Origin: Synergistes sp.
Lineage (GTDB): Bacteria > Synergistota > Synergistia > Synergistales > Synergistaceae
Length of the DNA stretch: 64,000 bases
Reading direction: 5' to 3'
NCBI GenBank assembly: GCA_017537925.1
Contig: JAFYJW010000061.1
Span: 12,660-76,659 of the forward strand
Part shown: one piece after another, positions 17,142-25,610 of the stretch
Layout of the letters: each line of letters opens with the position of its first letter
How positions within the stretch are numbered: the first letter of the stretch is position 1
Notes under the pieces: model-generated
The model's database searches: none
Seen by the model: only the letters and a program-made list of their open reading frames with translations
Told to the model about the DNA's origin: nothing
Made by a program: the position numbers and the translations under genes

Positions 17142-17792
17142 CTATCTGCCGACCGGGCCTATATCCGGCGCTCTCAGATATACGCCGCGGACGGAACGCG
17201 GAGCGACTGCCGATGCTGCGCAGGCCTCGCCGAGAAGCGCGGCGCTCCCCCCGGAAGAAGACTCTTTTTCTATTATCCTGCGTCCGCACTCCCTCACCAG
17301 CGCAAAACGCTCAATATCCGGCGTGACCGCCGCGGCGTCCGGGAATTTATCAAGCAGAGCGACAAATTCATCCTCCGAAAGAAATGCGGGAGAAAAAAGC
17401 TCTTCTTTGCCGCTGTAAACCGCAGCGTAGCAGTGTCCCTGCCTTGCGCGGAAAAACGGGGCGACGCAGGCTTCGCTCTCCGATATGTCCCATATGAATA
17501 CCTTAAGGGAAGGAAGAGGCACTACTTTTATCGAAAGAGCCTCCGCAAGAGCCGCGGCGTACGCAACGCCGGCGCGGATGCCGGTATAGGAGCCGGGGCC
17601 CGCCGCTGCCGCCGTAAGCTCAATATCGGACAGGCGTACCCCGGCGGTCTTCAGCACTTCCTCCGCAAGCAAAGGCAGTTCTTCCGACTGCTTCCTTCCG
17701 AGCATCGCGCTGCGTTCGGCAAGTACGGCGCCGTCTGACGCAAGTCCCACGCTCGTCCAGCGGCCGGAACAGTCCACGGCTAAAGTTATCAT
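17142..17792 (-). CDS. tsaB: tRNA t6A37 biosynthesis protein TsaB
   Basis: MITLAVDCSGRWTSVGL... and GPGSYTGIRAG motifs, adjacent to tsaE. Confidence 0.85.
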   Translation of the reverse strand: MITLAVDCSGRWTSVGLASDGAVLAERSAMLGRKQSEELPLLAEEVLKTAGVRLSDIELTAAAAGPGSYTGIRAGVAYAAALAEALSIKVVPLPSLKVFIWDISESEACVAPFFRARQGHCYAAVYSGKEELFSPAFLSEDEFVALLDKFPDAAAVTPDIERFALVRECGRRIIEKESSSGGSAALLGEACAASAVAPRSVRGVYLRAPDIGPVGR

Positions 17793-17795
17793 ATT

Positions 17796-18305
17796 CTAAG
17801 ATTCCCCCGTCATAGCAAGACTTTTTATATCTTCCGCAAGCGCTGCGAACTCTTTCTGTATCTCACTGCCGCGCATCGCAAAAACAAGACGGCGATCTTC
17901 GCCGCTGCCGCTGAACTCTATATCAACGCGCTTTGCGGAAGGCGGCGTCTCCCATCTTTCGGCCCACTCGACAGCGGCGGCAAATCCTTCGTCAAGGTAC
18001 TCTTCAATTCCCAGCGAATCCGCTTCATCCCTGTCTTCTATGCGGTAAAGATCGGCATGCAGGAACGGCACTTTTCCGTTATATTCGCGCATGATGATAA
18101 AAGTCGGGCTTTTGATTCCATGAAGACCCAAAGCGTCGCCTATCCCCTGCACGAATCTTGTTTTGCCCATGCCGAGAGAACCTTTCAGAAGAAGCAGCAT
18201 CCCGGGGCACAGGCGCCCGCCCGTTATCCTGCCGGCTGCAAAAGTCTCGTCCGGAGACTCTGTTGTAAGCTCAAAAGAGCTATCCGAGCATCGCTGGAAT
18301 CGCAT
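17796..18305 (-). CDS. tsaE: tRNA t6A37 biosynthesis ATPase TsaE
   Basis: LLLLKGSLGMGKTRFVQG P-loop and SPTFIIMREY motif. Confidence 0.85.
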   Translation of the reverse strand: MRFQRCSDSSFELTTESPDETFAAGRITGGRLCPGMLLLLKGSLGMGKTRFVQGIGDALGLHGIKSPTFIIMREYNGKVPFLHADLYRIEDRDEADSLGIEEYLDEGFAAAVEWAERWETPPSAKRVDIEFSGSGEDRRLVFAMRGSEIQKEFAALAEDIKSLAMTGES

Positions 18306-19809
18306 CGGCTATTTCCGAAGCAAGAGTGCCGCGCGTACCGTATTTTTCTTCAAGCGCCTCTCCTGCCAGAGCGTGAGCAAGAGCTCCCGCCGCGGCAGCG
18401 TCCGCAGCTTTCATGCCTGAGGCCATAAACGCTCCTATGACTCCGGTCAGCACGTCACCTGAGCCGGGGACTGCAAGCGCCGGAGACCCGGCGTCTATCA
18501 TTTTAAGTCCGTCATCTGAGTAAATAAGAGTATTCCTGCCTTTAAGCAGCGCGCTTCCTGCCTTCTCCGAAAGAACGCGCACTGAAGCGGCCCTGTTCAG
18601 ATCCACTTCCGAAGCCGTGATCCCTAATATGCGCCCGGCTTCCGCGCTGTGAGGAGTAAGAAGGACGTCGCTCCTCGGCGCAAGCGTTTCTTTATGAGAA
18701 GCAAAGAACCAGAGCATATCTGCGTCAAGCAGCATGGGAAGCTTGCATGACTGCCAAAGCCAGGAGAAAAGCCTCTCTACAGAGACGGAACGTCCGCAGC
18801 CCGGCCCTGCCGCGACTGCGGAACACTTTTCCATAACTTTGAAAAGCATCTCCTTTGCTTCCGGGACACACATTCTCCCGTCTTTTTCAGGCAGAGGTAA
18901 AACTATCGTTTCGGGCAGTTTTTCTATTGCATACTGCGCCATAAACTCCGGGACGGCAAGAAATACGAGTCCTGCCCCCGCACGCAGCGCTCCGAGCGCA
19001 GTAAGCAGCGGAGCTCCCCTGTATTCGGAGCTTCCGGCTATTATAAGAACGTTCCCTCGCTTCGTTTTATGGATATCGCGTGAAATCACAGGCAGCAGCG
19101 ATCTCATATCCTCACGTGAAAGCAGTGTGACAGCCGGCTCACCGGGAAGAACCGCATAGGGAGGGACTCCGATGTCCGCCGTAATTACCCTGCCGCAGGC
19201 AGACCTTGCCGGTTCAAGTGCCATCCCGAATTTAGGCGCAAGGAACGTGACGGTAGCAGACGCTTTGACGCACGGCTCATAAACGGATCCGTTTTCCGGG
19301 TCTGTACCGGAAGGTATATCCAGCGAAAGGATATTCCCGCGGCCGGAAAGAAGAGAGATAATGCGCGCGGGCTCATTCCTCGGAGCGCCGCTCGTGCCGG
19401 TCCCCAAAAGGCCGTCGATAATGCACGACGCGCAGTTAAGCGCTTTTGTTATCTCAGTGTCTGCCATATCCGCGGTATCAAGCAGCTTAAGCCGGGCGCA
19501 GCCGATGCGGCGCAGCACAGAAAGGTTTACCGCTGCGTCGCCCTTATATCCGTCATCTGCGGCGCATTTAAGAACGATAACGTCCCTGCCCTGTATCAGA
19601 AGGTGGCGTGCTGCGGCAAACGCGTCTCCTCCGTTATTGCCGACTCCGGCAAGAATAACGAACGGGCCGTCTCCCTGCGCTATAGCTGCGGCTTCGGCCG
19701 CCGCGTTCTTTGAGGCGTTTTCCATCAAAACGACGGAAGGCACGCCGCACTTTTCCGACGCGATAACGTCAGCCCTGCGTATATCTGCAGGGAAATAATA
19801 CTTCTGCAT
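18280..19809 (-). CDS. nnr: bifunctional NAD(P)H-hydrate epimerase / ADP-dependent dehydratase
   Basis: 509 aa. N-terminal YjeF_N region (LMENASKNAA, GNNGGDAF) and a C-terminal carbohydrate-kinase half (GSGDVLTGVIGAF). Confidence 0.85.
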   Translation of the reverse strand: MQKYYFPADIRRADVIASEKCGVPSVVLMENASKNAAAEAAAIAQGDGPFVILAGVGNNGGDAFAAARHLLIQGRDVIVLKCAADDGYKGDAAVNLSVLRRIGCARLKLLDTADMADTEITKALNCASCIIDGLLGTGTSGAPRNEPARIISLLSGRGNILSLDIPSGTDPENGSVYEPCVKASATVTFLAPKFGMALEPARSACGRVITADIGVPPYAVLPGEPAVTLLSREDMRSLLPVISRDIHKTKRGNVLIIAGSSEYRGAPLLTALGALRAGAGLVFLAVPEFMAQYAIEKLPETIVLPLPEKDGRMCVPEAKEMLFKVMEKCSAVAAGPGCGRSVSVERLFSWLWQSCKLPMLLDADMLWFFASHKETLAPRSDVLLTPHSAEAGRILGITASEVDLNRAASVRVLSEKAGSALLKGRNTLIYSDDGLKMIDAGSPALAVPGSGDVLTGVIGAFMASGMKAADAAAAGALAHALAGEALEEKYGTRGTLASEIADAIPAMLG

Positions 19810-20177
19810 CAGTCTCCCTCCAAAACGACCACGGCAGCGGCTACTCCCGCTTCATGCGTGATCGAAAGAAATACGTTATTTACGCCGCGCTCTTCAAGGC
19901 GGCGCTTGAAAGCTTCGCTGAAAACAAACACGGGGCCGCTCTCGGTACGTCTGACAATACAGGCGTCAAGCCCTATGGACGCAAGCCCCCAGCCTCCTGC
20001 CTTCGCAAGCGCCTCGCGCGCCGCGAAAGCTGCGGCAAAATGCGCGGCCGCAAGGCCGCCCTTTCCCGCGTATTCGATCTCTTCAGCGGAAAAGACGCGC
20101 TTTGCAAAAGTTCCGCGCTCAAGCATCTTTCTCATTCGTTCTATATCGCAAAGGTCTATGCCTATTCCCCTGATCAT
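19809..20177 (-). CDS. acpS: holo-[acyl-carrier-protein] synthase
   Basis: 122 aa. MIRGIGIDLCDIERM N-terminus, and SITHEAGVAAAVVVLE near the C-terminus. Confidence 0.9.
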   Translation of the reverse strand: MIRGIGIDLCDIERMRKMLERGTFAKRVFSAEEIEYAGKGGLAAAHFAAAFAAREALAKAGGWGLASIGLDACIVRRTESGPVFVFSEAFKRRLEERGVNNVFLSITHEAGVAAAVVVLEGD

Positions 20178-20181
20178 TCTT

Positions 20182-20841
20182 CTACCTGACCCCGAGCGCC
20201 GAGCGCACTATACCTTCCTGCCAGTCCGCCAGTATCTTAAAGCCTCTTGCGTTTTCAAACTGAGCGGTGAGCACTTTCCGCCATGAATCCCCGTAGATCT
20301 CCGGTGCAAGCTGCACGGCTTTATTCACAAGCTTTTCAAAATACCTTCTGTCCGTTGCCCATCTGCCGTTGCGCCCCAGATAAAGGCCGCTTATATAGCC
20401 CCATATATTCTTATAATAGCGCGCGGAGACCGGATAATCGTCACGCACCTTGCGCGCGTAATCCCTGAGGAACTTGTCGACAGAGCTGTACTTGCGGAAC
20501 GATGAGCGCACCGCGACATTCTTTCCGCCTATATCCTCGCCGCTGAAGGTCTCTATATACGGCATCCCCAAAGCTATCCAGGCTCTGTTTGCCTTTATCC
20601 CGGCTCCGTTCAAGCCTTCAGTCCACAGCCTGCTCTGCCAGTTGCCCGTCTCATGCGCGCAGTGGACAGTCGCGCCAAATGCGTTTACCGCCCTGTATCC
20701 CTGCGCAGCGTGATAGAAATCGAGCGCGCTGAATGCATATGCTGGCGCAGCCACAGCCACGGCATAAAAAAACAGAACCGCAAGAAATATGTATATCCGC
20801 CGCAAAAAGCGCGGCCCGGCATAACTGCCTGTCATCATCAC
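20182..20841 (-). CDS. membrane-anchored glucosaminidase-domain (muramidase-like) protein
   Basis: N-terminal hydrophobic anchor. AHETGNWQSRLWTEGLNGAGIKA resembles the catalytic-region motif of mannosyl-glycoprotein endo-beta-N-acetylglucosaminidase domains. Confidence 0.6.
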   Translation of the reverse strand: MMMTGSYAGPRFLRRIYIFLAVLFFYAVAVAAPAYAFSALDFYHAAQGYRAVNAFGATVHCAHETGNWQSRLWTEGLNGAGIKANRAWIALGMPYIETFSGEDIGGKNVAVRSSFRKYSSVDKFLRDYARKVRDDYPVSARYYKNIWGYISGLYLGRNGRWATDRRYFEKLVNKAVQLAPEIYGDSWRKVLTAQFENARGFKILADWQEGIVRSALGVR

Positions 20842-21093
20842 GCTTCATCCCTAAACCGCAGAATGCCGGGGCGTCTGCCGCGTATCCCGGCCTTGCCTTT
20901 ACGGGCTCCTTCAAGCAGGACAATACATAAACCCTTAATTTTTATATTATATATCAGCAGCGGGGATAAAACAGTGGCGAAAAGAAAGCACATCCCCGGC
21001 GCAAGGCAAAATATGATATCGCGCTGCAAAAATGCTCTGCACCGGCGGCAAAAACGGGCGGCAAACGGGCGGCAAAATGCCCGCAAAGAGTTC

Positions 21094-21122
21094 TTGTCAA
21101 ATCTAAAATTAATTGATAGAAT
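21094..21122 (+). promoter_or_regulatory. sigma70-type promoter of tRNA-Leu(CAG)
   Basis: TTGTCA-N17-TAGAAT about 24 nt upstream of the tRNA, preceded by phased GCAAA tracts. Confidence 0.65.
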
Positions 21123-21145
21123 ACTGAGGTGCCGGAAACGGGCAT

Positions 21146-21232
21146 GTCAGGGTGGCGGAACTGGTAGACGCGCTAGATTCAGGATCTAGTGGGCATTAGC
21201 TCATAGGGGTTCAATTCCCCTCCTTGACACCA
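21146..21232 (+). tRNA. tRNA-Leu(CAG)
   Basis: Class II tRNA. Acceptor GTCAGGG/CCTTGAC, anticodon stem CTAGA/TCTAG with loop TTCAGGA, long variable arm, encoded CCA. Confidence 0.9.
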
Positions 21233-21243
21233 CTTAAAAATCT

Positions 21244-21270
21244 GAGCCTGTCGCTGACAGGCTCTTTTTT
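21244..21270 (+). terminator. intrinsic terminator after tRNA-Leu(CAG)
   Basis: GAGCCTGTC-gctg-ACAGGCTC followed by TTTTTT. Confidence 0.85.
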
Positions 21271-21407
21271 GTTGTGCATTGCCTTTGCACCTGAACATCT
21301 GCACGCCTTTTTCATTTATTTGCATCATTTTTGCCGAAATATACGCAAATTATTCGAATAGCCCCTTCCGTTTATACCGTTTGCGCAAATATCGGTCTGA
21401 CGTCCTT

Positions 21408-21662
21408 CTACGCGCGGCCTTTTCTGACGGCAAACGGAACAATAAAAGGCACGCCCACCGGTAAACCGTTGCAGTCAGACGCATCAAGCGTAATGTGAGC
21501 TTTGCCCGCCGCTTCCTCCAACGCATAATAAACAGTGAACAGCTCTTCTGTCCCCATCTGATCTGCGTTGTATCCGAGCTGCCCGATAAGATCTAAAACC
21601 GATATCTTCGTCCCGTCAGGCATCTCGCGCAGTTTATCGATCATCTCGTCGATCATGCTCAT
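21408..21662 (-). CDS. hypothetical small protein (84 aa)
   Basis: ORF 61 nt downstream of abiEii on the same strand. I recognise no family. Confidence 0.45.
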   Translation of the reverse strand: MSMIDEMIDKLREMPDGTKISVLDLIGQLGYNADQMGTEELFTVYYALEEAAGKAHITLDASDCNGLPVGVPFIVPFAVRKGRA

Positions 21663-21723
21663 TACGGCTCACTTCCTTTCAGGGTTTAGAAAACGAATCA
21701 TTTTGCGCTGCAGCTGTTATTTT

Positions 21724-22587
21724 TTACTCCTTTAGCCCTTCGGTGATCTGCCTGAAGAAATCCGCGTTCCACAGATCAAGCGACGCGGTGTCTTTAATAA
21801 ACAGGCGTACATCTTCTTTTGCCTGAGTATAATCGATCTCATCAAAGCGTGCGCACAGCAATCTTTTTACATCGGCGAGGGTAAAGTCTTCGTCCGCATT
21901 CCACGCATTAGACTGTACAAGCCGCGCCTTCAAATGCTCTGTATTGAGCGCAGCGCCGCGGGAGATATAGAAAACATAATCATAAAGATCGCGGCCTTTA
22001 ACACGACTCTTCCATGCACGGCAGATCACAGCATGTACCTTGCCTGCGAACAGGGACGGCATATCATACAGTATAACTTTGTACGGCGCGGGAAGCAGGC
22101 GGTATTTGTGCTCGAAGGCTGCTCCATCCGGCGGATTTGTATCAACCTCAAACTTGATCCTGATCGTTTCATTGCCTGCGATTCTGCTTGCTGCCGAATC
22201 CGATGCGTAGAACAACAGCATATGCTCTTTCGTGCTGCCTTTCAGAAAAGCGGAGCGTATTGCGGACTCCTTTGTTTTTTCTTTTTCGTATATCTCCACG
22301 TTTAACCCGTAGGTTATCACTTCTTTTTTCAGCATTGGAAAATAATGTGAAAGAGAAAATTCCGGGTCGGGCGTCATCAGCGAAAAATCCAGATCCTCCG
22401 AAAATCGGTCAAGACCGTAAAAAATTCGCAGCGCTGTTCCGCCGTAAAAAGCTGTTTTCTTAAAAAAACCAGCACGGGACAACCCGCAGAGCACGATTTC
22501 CTGCATGACCTCCTTTACCGCGTTCTTCTTATCCGTTAATCCTTCAGCATTATACCTATTCAGCATTTCAGTAATCACACTGTTCAT
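21724..22587 (-). CDS. abiEii: nucleotidyltransferase AbiEii/AbiGii-family toxin (type IV TA)
   Basis: FYGGTALRIFYGLDRFSEDLDFSL is the DUF1814/AbiEii nucleotidyltransferase signature. The ATG at 22587 overlaps the abiEi stop (ATGA). Confidence 0.85.
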   Translation of the reverse strand: MNSVITEMLNRYNAEGLTDKKNAVKEVMQEIVLCGLSRAGFFKKTAFYGGTALRIFYGLDRFSEDLDFSLMTPDPEFSLSHYFPMLKKEVITYGLNVEIYEKEKTKESAIRSAFLKGSTKEHMLLFYASDSAASRIAGNETIRIKFEVDTNPPDGAAFEHKYRLLPAPYKVILYDMPSLFAGKVHAVICRAWKSRVKGRDLYDYVFYISRGAALNTEHLKARLVQSNAWNADEDFTLADVKRLLCARFDEIDYTQAKEDVRLFIKDTASLDLWNADFFRQITEGLKE

Positions 22588-23192
22588 AATGCTTTCCTCC
22601 GCAGGCACTTCATCAGATACTTCAGGTTGTTGCTGTGATACATATCGCCGATCTGCAATATGCCGTCCGTATCCAGCTTTGCAAATTCCGTACTGTCTAC
22701 CCGCAGATCTTCAAAGAGCATTCTTTCGATCTCACGCTGACTTGTCACGGGAGGCATTGTATAAAGCTTATCACACAGCGCTTTTTCAGGACATGCCATA
22801 TGATATGGATAACCGTTTTCCTCCCTGATAACGATTCCGAACGGATATACGTCTGACGGAACATCACGGTAGGCGAAGCGTCCGAAGTGGTTTACGTATT
22901 CCTTTTTCTTTTTCTTTTCAAACGTGGCCGATGTGAATGTACGGACAGCCTCAGGAATCAATCCGTAATCAGCAAGCGCATAATCGAAAGACAGGTACGA
23001 CGGCCCGTAAATTGCTCCGGCCAGGCATTGTCCCGGCGTATTTCCGTTCGTCTCATATATGCCCCGGGTAAGCGGATAGAGTTCACAACTATCAACAAGC
23101 CGCCTGATCTTAGCCTTCGGATTCGCATAATTATGATACTGCTCTATCAGCATCTGCGTCGTTAAAATCACAATTTTCGCCTCCAAGTTCAT
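22584..23192 (-). CDS. abiEi: AbiEi-family antitoxin / transcriptional regulator (type IV TA)
   Basis: 202 aa. YGPSYLSFDYALADYGLIPEAV and its position immediately upstream of abiEii fit the AbiEi_4 family. Confidence 0.8.
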   Translation of the reverse strand: MNLEAKIVILTTQMLIEQYHNYANPKAKIRRLVDSCELYPLTRGIYETNGNTPGQCLAGAIYGPSYLSFDYALADYGLIPEAVRTFTSATFEKKKKKEYVNHFGRFAYRDVPSDVYPFGIVIREENGYPYHMACPEKALCDKLYTMPPVTSQREIERMLFEDLRVDSTEFAKLDTDGILQIGDMYHSNNLKYLMKCLRRKAL

Positions 23193-23225
23193 TATAAATG
23201 CACTTAAAGGTGAAAATCAATAGTT

Positions 23226-23429
23226 TTATCTGCTATGGCTGATTTTTAGGTATGCCCTATTGAAGTATTCCTTTTCAGTCACCGCAGAAAAAATCAGAAT
23301 CTGTTTCAGAGAACGGCAGTTACTGAAAGCGCCCTCACAAATGGTATCTGTTCCTTCCGGCACGACGACCGTTTCGGAGGCCCCGGTATATCTTATAAGA
23401 TTGTTGTCTTCGATGATAAACTCATTCAT
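23226..23429 (-). pseudogene. truncated BspA-type leucine-rich-repeat (LRR_5) gene fragment
   Basis: The 67-aa ORF has a good RBS (AAAGGAGG). VVVPEGTDTICEGAFSNCRSLKQILI is one LRR_5 unit, and the ORF ends after about 1.5 repeats. Confidence 0.6.
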
Positions 23430-23571
23430 ATCCGCAGACCTCCTTTCATGCGCTTAAAGTACGAGTCGTTCCAATTATACATCCTGACATTCTGTCGAGC
23501 GCTGCAGCGTCCGGCATATTTGGCCTGAACGCACTTGATATGACGATAAAATACATGATACATATGCAATA

Positions 23572-23580
23572 TGCTATAAT
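23572..23580 (+). promoter_or_regulatory. extended -10 element (TGcTATAAT) upstream of dinJ/relB
   Basis: TGCTATAAT lies 25 nt upstream of the ATG at 23605, with ATATG repeats around it. No good -35 element. Confidence 0.45.
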
Positions 23581-23604
23581 ATGTGTATGAAAAGAGGTGA
23601 TGTT

Positions 23605-23880
23605 ATGTCTACGACAACGATGAACATCAGAATGGATACGGAAGTAAAGAAAGAGGCTCAGGCGCTATTCTCGGAATTGGGTCTGGATATGACCACCGCC
23701 ATCAACATTTTTCTTCGCCAGTCGATACGTGAGCGCGCGCTGCCTTTTGCGCTGCGCCTTGACCCTCCTGTTCCAAACGCAAAAACGCTGGCCGCAATGA
23801 AAGAAGGAGACAAAATTTTAGGTTCTGGCAAAAGCAGGTTTGAAAACGCCGAAGAAATGTTTTCTGAGCTTGGTATATAA
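23605..23880 (+). CDS. DinJ/RelB-family antitoxin
   Basis: MNIRMDTEVKKEAQALFSELGLDMTTAINIFLRQSI is the ribbon-helix-helix DinJ/RelB signature. RBS AGAGGTGA. Confidence 0.85.
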   Translation: MSTTTMNIRMDTEVKKEAQALFSELGLDMTTAINIFLRQSIRERALPFALRLDPPVPNAKTLAAMKEGDKILGSGKSRFENAEEMFSELGI

Positions 23881-24156
23881 ATAATCCTCAAGCCCGAATA
23901 CACCGGTCAATTCAAGAAAGACCTGAAGACCGTTCAGAAAAGGCAATATGATATCGAAGCACTTAAAAGAATAATCTGCCTGCTGTGCGCCGAAACGACT
24001 CTGCCGCCTAAAAACCGCGGCCTCCAGTTGACAGGCATATGGCGCGGCTGCAGGGAATGTCATATCGCCCCTGACTGGATACTTATCTACAAAATCGGGA
24101 ACGGGCTGATTGTCTTCGAACGCACCGGGACGCACGCGGATCTGTTCGGCAGATAA
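23881..24156 (+). CDS. YafQ-family mRNA-interferase toxin ORF lacking a canonical start codon
   Basis: Not in the ORF track. Translating directly after the antitoxin TAA, in the same frame, gives IILKPEYTGQFKKDLKTVQKRQYDIEALKRIICLL...LTGIWRGCRECHIAPDWILIYKIGNGLIVFERTGTHADLFGR*. There is no ATG, GTG or TTG in the first 49 codons; the first codons are ATA ATC. Confidence 0.65.
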   Translation: MILKPEYTGQFKKDLKTVQKRQYDIEALKRIICLLCAETTLPPKNRGLQLTGIWRGCRECHIAPDWILIYKIGNGLIVFERTGTHADLFGR

Positions 24157-24384
24157 CCCTGCATCTATCCTGTTTCCACTCTCCCTAATTTCTATTCTTC
24201 CGCCGATTTATCTGCACTGCTCCATATTTCTGCGGTCTCCTGACATGCCGCATGTGCATAATGGAGATCTTATTATTACCTTCATAAAGTACTTAAATCT
24301 TTCAAGTTCCCCGGCATTCAAACAAGTTATACAAAGTTCCCTCCCCTAATGACGATGTCCTGCAGGAAACGGTCAGTATCATAT

Positions 24385-24412
24385 TTGACATAAATAATAG
24401 TTTTAGTATAAT
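24385..24412 (+). promoter_or_regulatory. sigma70-type promoter of the ABC-transporter operon
   Basis: TTGACA-N16-TATAAT, both hexamers perfect, 86 nt upstream of the ATG at 24498. Confidence 0.75.
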
Positions 24413-24413
24413 C

Positions 24414-24459
24414 GCATTGCAATTGCATTGCATCTATTATTCTTTAATAAGGATAATAG
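24414..24459 (+). promoter_or_regulatory. operator/leader repeats immediately downstream of the -10
   Basis: GCATTGCAATTGCATTGCA contains tandem ATTGCA units and the perfect palindrome TGCAATTGCA (24418-24427). It is followed by the inverted repeat CTATTAT-N12-ATAATAG (24434-24459). Confidence 0.45.
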
Positions 24460-24497
24460 CAAACCATCACCAGGCTTCGGCCGGAAAAGAGGCAGAA

Positions 24498-25610
24498 ATG
24501 AAAAACTTGTTCAAACGCAGCAACTCCGTATTACTATGCGCCGTTTTGGCATTGGCGCTGCTGTTCTCCGTCTGCGGCGCAGGCACAGCCGCGGCGGCAG
24601 CCGGCACCGCGAAAGATACCTGGACCTTTGTCGATCAGGCAGACAACATCGTCTCGGTGAAACTTCCCGTCAAACGCATGGTAGTGCTGCAGCACCACTC
24701 CATCGACATCATCTGCCAGCTCGGCGGCCAGGACAAGATAGTCGGTGTCGAGGGACAGTGGTCGAAGAACCTGGGCAACTATATCGCCGACATCTGGCCG
24801 GCTATCAAGAATATGCCGACCGCAGGCACGCTTGCCGAGCCGAATGTTGAAGCGGTCGCAGCTCTCGCCCCGGACGTCGTGATCGTTGCGTCACAGGCAA
24901 AGAAAGAATCCTGCGCCCAGCTTCGCGATATGGGCATCCCGGTCTGCGTGGTCTCCCTTCGCGGCGAGGGCAGACAGGCCGAAGCGCAGAACCCGCGCCT
25001 TGCCAATGCCGACGCAGCCTATACACAGGGCTGCGAATGGGCTATCAAGACTTTAGGCAGGCTGACCGGCCGTGACGCGCAGGCCAACGCTCTGTGGGCG
25101 TTCTGCCAGGAAAGCCGTAAGATGGTCGACGACGCTGTCGGCAAGATCGCCGACAAAAAACGCGTGCGCGCCGTCACAGTTATGAACAAGAACGGCGTCT
25201 ACGGCAACGACAAATACGTAGGCTGCATGCTGCTGAGAGCAGGAGGCATCAACGCTGCTGCAAAAGATCTCCAGGGCAACGGCACCTATAATGCGGAGAC
25301 CCTGGCAAAATGGGATCCCGATGTGATAATCACACAGGATCGTTATCCCGAAGTGTATAAGGAACTGACGACTTCGCCGGAGTACGCCAAACTTCGCTGC
25401 GTCAAAGAAGGAAATGTCATTCTCGCGCCTTACTGGACCAAACCGTGGGGCAATCCGGACGCAGACTCTATGGCTCTTGGCGAACTGTGGCTCGCATGGA
25501 AATTCTATCCGAATAAGATCAGCGGAGAGACCGTATTGAAGCGCGCTCAGGAATTCTATAAAAAGTTCTACGGCGTGCCCTTCACCGGCACTCTGACGCC
25601 GACACTGTAA
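24498..25610 (+). CDS. ABC transporter substrate-binding protein, FecB/BtuF (iron-siderophore/corrinoid) class
   Basis: Signal peptide with LFSVCG (possible lipobox). Length and composition fit the PBP 'periplasmic binding protein' cluster A. Genetic link to a FecCD permease. Confidence 0.75.
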   Translation: MKNLFKRSNSVLLCAVLALALLFSVCGAGTAAAAAGTAKDTWTFVDQADNIVSVKLPVKRMVVLQHHSIDIICQLGGQDKIVGVEGQWSKNLGNYIADIWPAIKNMPTAGTLAEPNVEAVAALAPDVVIVASQAKKESCAQLRDMGIPVCVVSLRGEGRQAEAQNPRLANADAAYTQGCEWAIKTLGRLTGRDAQANALWAFCQESRKMVDDAVGKIADKKRVRAVTVMNKNGVYGNDKYVGCMLLRAGGINAAAKDLQGNGTYNAETLAKWDPDVIITQDRYPEVYKELTTSPEYAKLRCVKEGNVILAPYWTKPWGNPDADSMALGELWLAWKFYPNKISGETVLKRAQEFYKKFYGVPFTGTLTPTL

